Part shown: piece after piece, positions 56,700 through 64,000 of the stretch
Position numbering within the stretch: the stretch's first letter is position 1
Layout of the letters: each line of letters opens with the position of its first letter
NCBI RefSeq assembly: GCF_009914755.1
Contig: NC_060925.1
DNA from: the human T2T-CHM13v2.0 reference genome, Homo sapiens
DNA: 64,000 nucleotides
Strand: one strand, 5' to 3'
Notes under the pieces: model-generated
Databases searched by the model: none
Told to the model about the DNA's origin: nothing
The model's input: the letters and a program-made list of their open reading frames with translations, nothing else
Made by a program: the position numbers and the translations under genes

Positions 56700-56810
56700 G
56701 TGATGTGTGTTATTTGAGTGATGGATATTCTAACAGCCCTGACTTTACCACTATGCCACCTATACATGTAACAAAATTACACTTCTACCCCATAAATTAA
56801 TGCAAATTAT
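56700..56810 (+). mobile_element. Short L1 (L1PB/MA-type) 3' end
   Basis: 'gtgatggata...ccctgactttaccactatgc...atacatgtaacaaaattacactt.taccccataaatt'. Confidence 0.7.
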
Positions 56811-58910
56811 ATACATACACACATGCACATATACACACACTATATATATGTATACAACCTGAAGAGTAAGGTGTTTAAAAATAAAAACTATTTTCTTAAA
56901 AAATCTTATTAAAGTAGATTGCATATTTCCCTACTTTCAGAAATAAAACATTTTGAACATAATTGAATGCCTTCTGCATTCAGAGCCATTGCAATAATAT
57001 TATACTATCATGATGTCAGCAGAAAGTTGACTGTCATGCTTTGATGGTCCTGGATTTTTGTACTTTTAAAATTTTAGTGTCTTTAAAAAAAATTTAGTTT
57101 TTCTGTTGTGTCACACTGTGAGGGTTCTGTCTTTCTGTCATTGAATGTTAAAAAGACGATAGTCCCAGTCCTATTTCCAAAAGCCCTACTTATTTTCTCT
57201 GCTTATGCATGAACAGATTATTGAAAAAAAGAAAAGGAATTAATCCTTAATAAGTACCTCTGGTGTGCTAGATATTGTGATAGATGCATAACTTGTGTTA
57301 TTCCATATAGTCCTAATTACCCATTTGTGAAGTTAGAGTTATTAGCTCTAATTTTCACATAAGCAAACAGGTGCAGGTGGCTAAGTAACCTGTATATGCT
57401 TGTTTATGAGTCCGTGAGAAAGGTGTCCACAGCAAATGCTTATGTGTTTCTCTTGTATGTAAAGTGCACAAGTACTACTAAGTTGCACAAGACTTTCATT
57501 TCACATTCTTCATGCTTCTTCTGCTGTGACCCAGATGGGTGATGTTGTTGAACCATGCAGATGTTTCTCCCTAATGTGGTACCTGAAGCCCAAAAAAAAC
57601 TTCTTATTTTTGAAATTGTTCCCTTTGTGAGAAAGTAGGGGTGGGGCAGTTAAAACCTGTGCACGTTTGTAAACAGATTATTAGCAAAAGCAATAATAAT
57701 ACTGATACAATATAAGCAAAGCTTAAAAGTATTTTGAATTTATACTAAATAAATACCATGGGAAATATCAGACAATACTTTAGAAATAAAGTAAAAGACA
57801 GCTTGCTGAAAGCAATACAAAGGAAGGCATTACAGGGCAGAAGGATGCTGAGTTATAGAGACAAGGGTCAATGAACAAAAAACAGGGAGAACTACTCAGA
57901 AAGCACAAAACGTACTGCCAAACTGAGCCAGTAGAAGGAACATGGGGTGACTGGGCATGGGGGACCATGCCATGTTCCTTCATGCGTTACCATATTCAGC
58001 TGGCTTGGTATACTTTGCATTCTGTTGCTGTGACTACTTGGCATAAAGTTGTAACATGTGAGGGGAAATTGTGTATGAACAGCAAGACTTCTATAGTATC
58101 CTGACATCATACCTTTACTTCCCAATAGGCTATCATTAATTTATGTGTCAGAAACATTTATTATACTAGAGTAGACTGTGTTGCCCTCATAGGTGAATGG
58201 TATGGCATTGTCTTTTTTGGTTATATTTTATAAAACATCTGGTAGTATGACTGTAGATTGTTAAAAATACACAAAGGCAAAGCCTTAGGAGAGTAAATCA
58301 ATAAGTCCAATAATTAACAGAATATATGTTTTCTCAAACAATAGTTGGTATTGATTTATTTTTTTTTTTTTACTCCAAAGGGTTGATTTTTAAGAGTATT
58401 CCTAGGTATTGAAAGCAAACAATATGTGAGCTCCCTATGCTTATTCCTTGGGTATAGGAATCAGTGTTCAGCATGGGCTGTTAACCAGGGACTTGGATGA
58501 AAACTGATGCCATTACTGAAGAAGCTGCACTGGCTCCATCATTCACTAAGTATTTACTTAGCATTCTCTTGCATTGAAGGCCTCTCTTCACTGACTCCAA
58601 ATCTTGCCGCCTTGGCTGTAATCTTGCTGGTGCCATATTTTAGTGGGGTAATCAAATGCACCAGATAGAGAGGGACTCAATTATGTCCTACAATGTGAAT
58701 GGTAAGAACATGGCTAGAATTTTTTAGGCTCTGTGATTTTAGACAAGTTATTTAATTTTTCTGAGTCTTACTTTCCTCAACTGCAATATGGAGATTAACA
58801 GTTCTCTTATAACTTCCTATGATTACCCTGAGGTTAATTTGTAAAAATGAATGTGAAGTGAAAAGATTCACAACTAAAACTTACTCAATAAAACGTGGTG
58901 GTGGTAATCA

Positions 58911-58946
58911 CTACTACAACTACTGCTGCTACTACTACTACTACTA
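58911..58946. repeat. Imperfect (CTA)n microsatellite following a MIR relic
   Basis: ctactacaactactgctgctactactactactacta. Confidence 0.8.
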
Positions 58947-61900
58947 GAAGAATGGCTGATTGTTTCATGGATTTTGATATGTCAGCTATCACACCACATG
59001 CTTTCTGTTAGATACATTCCCTAAACTTTACTATGTATATCATGATTAGCTAAAGATGAATTGTTCAACTGGTTTATAAAACTGAGGTTATAACTTTATT
59101 TTAACAAATTTACTGAAAGAATTGCCAGGAACTTTTGATAAAGACTGCATAGAAATTAATAAAACCTCTTTCTTATTTTGAAGGAGCTGATGAATCAGTG
59201 GCAATACCCTGTAGACAGCAGTGTTGTAGAGTCACAGAAGTGAACGAGGTTACAAAAAATGCAAATTATAGTAGTTGACCAATCTGGGTTCAAAAGTCTG
59301 CTCCACTATTGACCTCTGCAGAAGCTGATTAACCCCCAGGCCTCCATTTCTTTATCCTCAGGTAACATGAACCTATCTTTGGATAATTAAAAATCAAGTA
59401 TGTAAAAGGCAGGCACTGTTACAATGCCTGGTACACAAAGTTGTTCAATGGACAATGACAACAATTAGCTAAAGGACACAGTAGATAATTTTGATGGGGA
59501 GGGATTAAAGAAGGATTTATATACAGAAAAATGAAACTTAAATTGGGCCTTTAATGAAAGACCATTTTAATATCATTTGTCTAGTATATATTAATGTGTG
59601 TTTTTTTTCAGTGATTGATTTTGCATAATGTGCAATTGCTTAAAAGATCAAAAGTAAGTTCATCAGTCAGGTCAAAAATTCAGGGTTGATCTTAAGAAAA
59701 AATAAAAGAAAAATAATCAAATAAATATGAGATGTATAAGGAAAAAATTTAATTTTTTTTAAAATTTAAAATTTAAAATTTAAATTTTTATTTGAAGTGC
59801 ACTTTAGGAGGCCTTAACTCCTACATGGAGGAGTTACTTCCTCAACTCACTAGGAAGCACGTGCTTGTCCTGCTCCCTGTGGCTCTGTTAAGAACAGCTA
59901 GACCTCGAGCACAGCTCTGCACTCTGTGGAAAAGAGACAGCACAACAGGAGTTCTGTGATTGATTTCTCCAATTTTTTTAAGGTAGAAAAAAAAAATGTT
60001 CTAAGACAGACACAGGGCTCAACAAGTTGAAATTGGGATTTATTCCCGGTATTACTTGGATTTTCAAGAATTTTTGGAAATCTTGCCTTTCGGCCACAGC
60101 TCTCCTCAGCATTATGAGTTATTTGCCAGATTCATTTCAAGCTCTTGAATTTACGGTTAAAAGAGAAATAAAAAGTCTTTCATTTGTTCCTAAGCTGTTT
60201 ATTTTGCTTATAAAACCAATCATAACATCTACCCAATAAAAAGAGAAATGCATAAAAGTTATAACTCCAGAAAAGTTAACTGTTGAAGCCTGAAATTCCC
60301 CCAAGCAAAGCCAGAAGTCATTTTAATGAGACAGAATTTTCTCTTTGAACTTGGGAGGGCACACGAAACAAACTTGCTGAGAAAATTCTTCTTTTATCCT
60401 TCTCTAGAACTCTCCCCTTCAAGTCAGACTGTGGCTAAGCTTGGGATTGGAATTACTGGCCTAAGCAGGCAGAAACCTAGAAACAGTCTTCTACTGTTTT
60501 GTAGCACAAGAAAAACTGCTTAAAGGGCAGTGTGATGTGCATGGTACAGTATGGCACAGGACAGCCTGCTGCAGGGCGGTGCGTACTGTGGGTGTGCTAT
60601 TGACCCCACCCCTCCTCTACTCGTGCCCTATCACATAAACACCAACTCTCACTATTGCACACACAGACACACACCCGCCCCCCTCCCCTTACAGAGCCAG
60701 ACTGGACATCTGTGCGTTTGGAACCTAAGATACTAAAAGTGTTATGAAATGGCCTTCTGCCTCCTCTCCCCCTGCAGCTAAAACCCCAGAGCAAGGCTGA
60801 TAAGCTTACTGAGCAGCAAAACCCTCACAGAAATGAGGAGAAACAGAACAGCCAAATCTAAAAGGTGCATCATCCAATTTGTTTCAGACCTACTAAGACC
60901 AGCACTGGCCATATGGGATCCTGTTTTGCAAAAAAATTGGACACAAATCAAGGGTTTTGTTTTCTTGGGTTTAAAAACTTTTCATCACTTTTTCCTTCTA
61001 GCATAAAAATACAACACTAACTACTTTACCAGGAGAAGCAAAAGCGTTTGAAAAATAATTTCACCCCCTACCAGCGCCTGCTATTGAGATCAGTGTCGGT
61101 TCCAATTTGTTCCTGACTCTCAAAATATTTTTTTTTTCTCATTGGGAATTTTCTCCTTATGTGACTACTGAGGCAGGGCATCTGTGGCATACAGAGTCAA
61201 AGAAGTGAATAAAATAACTTTATATGTGGAAGCTATGCTCTTGAGGATGGCTTTCTCTCTGGACTTTCTAAGATCTTCCTTTGTATGATACATTTCAGTC
61301 CACAGAGTAATTCCCATGCAAGGAAGCAGCAGCTCAGTGGTTGGGCATTCCCGAGATGGGGCAGAGACAACGCTTTTGGCTGCATCATGAAATAACACAC
61401 ATTAAGTTCATTCTTTTCATCTTCAAAGAACAACATAAATCTTCATCCTTTAATTCTTCTTGCGGGGTGGGATCATTGTTATTGCTGATATTATTGTTAT
61501 TACATCTTTTGTAACTCTTTTTACTACTTACCCTCTACTTGCCTTACCCCTTTTTACTGAAACTGAGGCACCAACTTGCAGAATAGAAGACCAAACAAAA
61601 CCATACCAAAGGAAGAATGCCGTTAAGGCTCCCAGACATGCCCTTTCCATTTTCTGTGCTGTGAGGACACCTGGGTCCCTCAAATTATCTCTCATTGTTG
61701 TAAAGTGTGTTCCACGTAGTACAGCAGAGATCCATGAGATAAAATATCCCCTTGTGGTGAAGAAGATGTATTTCTTCAGATAACACTTTGGAGAAATATT
61801 TAAGAACAGGACTGTGACCCAAGGGTGACAGATCTCCTGTAATATCAGAGAACATAGGAGCACAGAGATTTTTCAGGGTTCACTTGACCACTTGCTCACA

Positions 61901-62433
61901 CATGTCCTTGAGATAGTTACTTACTTGCTCTAAATCATAGGTTCCTCACGTGCCTGGCATTTGAAGAAGATTTAGCAAGGTTAAGCATGTAGAATGCTTA
62001 GCACCATGCCTGGAGCATAGAAAGGGTCCAATAGATGTGAGCTGTGATTGTGCTATGGTGGTAAATTCACTTGCTAGTTGGTGCCTTTTTGCAGGCAACC
62101 ATGAAATTCTTGAAGATCTATTTGCACTTTAACACAAAGTAGTGGGTTAAAGTAGATTGAACATGATCTCCCAGAAATGGATTGAATATCATTCCTTCAT
62201 ATGAGGGCTTTGCCAGCAGTTCTACCTCCATCAAGAAATGTGTATTCTTTGAGCTTTTACCTGTCCCAGGGTTATTTGAGGCTGGAATAGGATAACATAA
62301 TTAAATTGCTCAGCTAACATTAGGCTCTCAGCAAATGCAGATTTCCTTCCTATACTTGTCATTCTTATAAGCAGAGATAGCTTAGAAATTTGCATGACTG
62401 AAACTATCCTTTTTTGCATTTGTTTCATGTCAC

Positions 62434-62905
62434 TTTTTAAAAAATTATTTTACTTTAAATTCTGGAATACATGTGCTGAACGTGCAAATTTGTTACATAG
62501 GTATACATGTGTCATGGTGGTTTGCTGCACCTATTAACACGTCATCTAAGTTTTAAGCCATGCATGCATTAGGTATTTGTCCTAATACTCTCCCTCCCCT
62601 TGCCCCCCACCCCCTGACAGGCCCCGGTGTATGATGTTCCCCTCCCTGTGTCCATGTGTTCTTATTGTTCAACTCCCACTTATGAGTGAGAACATGCAGT
62701 GTTCAGTTTTCTGTTCCTGTGTTAGTTTGTGGAGAATGATGGTTTCCAGCTTCATCCATATCCCTGCAAAGGACATGAAATCATTCTTTTTTTATGGCTC
62801 CGTAGTATTCCGTGGTGTATATGTGCCACATTTTCTTTATCCAGTCTCTCATTGATAGGTATTTGGCTTGATTCCAAGTCTTTGCTATTGTAAAAAATGC
62901 TGCAA
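62434..62905 (-). mobile_element. L1PA7/8-type 3' end (segment 1 of a rearranged L1)
   Basis: 'tactttaaattctggaatacatgtg...ttttaagccatgcatgcattaggtatttgtcctaat...tttgctattg'. Confidence 0.9.
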
Positions 62906-63646
62906 CAAATCCAGCAGCACATCAAAAAGCTTATCCACCACATTAAAGTGGGCTTCATCCCTGTGATGCAAGTCTCGTTCAACATAAGCAAATCAATAAA
63001 CGTAATCCATCACATAAACAGAACCAACGACAAAAACTGCATGATTGTCTCAATAGATGCAGAAAAGGCCATCGATAAAATTCAACACCCTTCATGCTAA
63101 AAACACTCAATAAACTACATATTGATGGAACATATCTCAAAATAATAAGAGCTATTTATGACAAATCCATAGCCAATATCATACTGAATGGGTAAAAGCT
63201 GGAAGCATTCCCTTTGAAAATTGGCATAAGACAAGGATGCCCTCTCTCACCACTCCTATTCAACATAGTATTGGAAGTTCTGGCCAGGGCAATTGGGCAA
63301 GAGAAAGAAATAAAATGTATTCAAATAGGAAGAGAGGAAATCAAATTGTCTCTGTTTGCAGATGACATGATTGTATATTTCGAAAACCCCATCGTCTTAG
63401 CCCAAAAACTCCTTAAGCTGGTAAACAACTTCAGCAAAGTCTCAGGCTACACAATTCATGTGCAAAAATCACAAGCATTCTTATACACCAATAATAGACA
63501 AGGAGAGAGCCAAATCATGAGTGAACTCCCATTCACAATTGCTACGAAGAAAATAAAGTACCTAGGAATACAAGTTAAAAGGAACATGAAGGACCTCTTC
63601 AAGGAGAACTACAAATCACTGCTCAAGGAAATAAGAGAGGACACAA
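62906..63646 (+). mobile_element. L1 ORF2 reverse-transcriptase region, inverted (segment 2)
   Basis: [36 protein letters not shown] and [10 protein letters not shown] motifs, with a frameshift. Confidence 0.93.
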
Positions 63647-64000
63647 ATATTAGATGGATCAATGAGACAGAAAATTAACAATGATATCTAGGACTTGAAC
63701 TCAGTTCTGGACCAAGCAGACCTAATAGACATCTACAGAACTCTCCACTCCAAATCAACAGAATATACATTCTTCTCAGCACCACATTGCACTTATTCTA
63801 AAATTGACCACATAATTGAAAGTAAAATACTCCTCAGCAAATGCAAAAGAACAAAAATCACAATGAACTGTCTCTCAGACCACAATGCAATCAAATTAGA
63901 ACTCAGGATTAAGAAACTCACTCAAAACCACACAACTACATGGAAACTGAACAACTTGCTCCTGAATGACTACTGGGTAAATAACGAAATGAAGGCAGAA
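63647..64000 (+). mobile_element. L1 ORF2 endonuclease C-terminal region (segment 3, runs off the window)
   Basis: Encodes [28 protein letters not shown] and [14 protein letters not shown], which lie upstream of the RT domain in an intact L1. Confidence 0.9.

Noticed and set aside
63214-63678. 154-aa reverse-transcriptase ORF as an active gene or novel RT system
   Set aside because: It is an ordinary L1 ORF2 fragment, frameshifted upstream and cut by a rearrangement.

Overview
AT-rich primate (human-like) genomic DNA, either intronic or intergenic. I can support no protein-coding gene, RNA gene or CRISPR array; the ORF track is explained by repeats or chance. The window holds 8 Alus, several L1s (including a ~5.5 kb L1PA13-16-type copy nested in a MER58), MaLR/ERVL solo LTRs, MIR/L2 relics and a near-full-length dead Hsmar1 mariner (29786-31059). 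The most unusual structure is a 1.17 kb non-Alu palindrome at 9115-10287. Its two ~296 bp inverted arms are identical over the outer 217 bp, carry 7 mismatches in the inner ~80 bp that are all transversions, are flanked by a TGTT direct repeat and sit in a locally CpG-enriched zone. Other notable items are a three-segment rearranged L1 at the right end, a ~90 bp 5'-inverted micro-L1, a fold-back repair scar, a 6-bp-spaced tandem E-box next to a candidate 53-nt exon, and a strong minus-strand bias of retroelements that suggests a + strand host transcript. Subfamily calls come from recalled consensus motifs, not from a RepeatMasker run.
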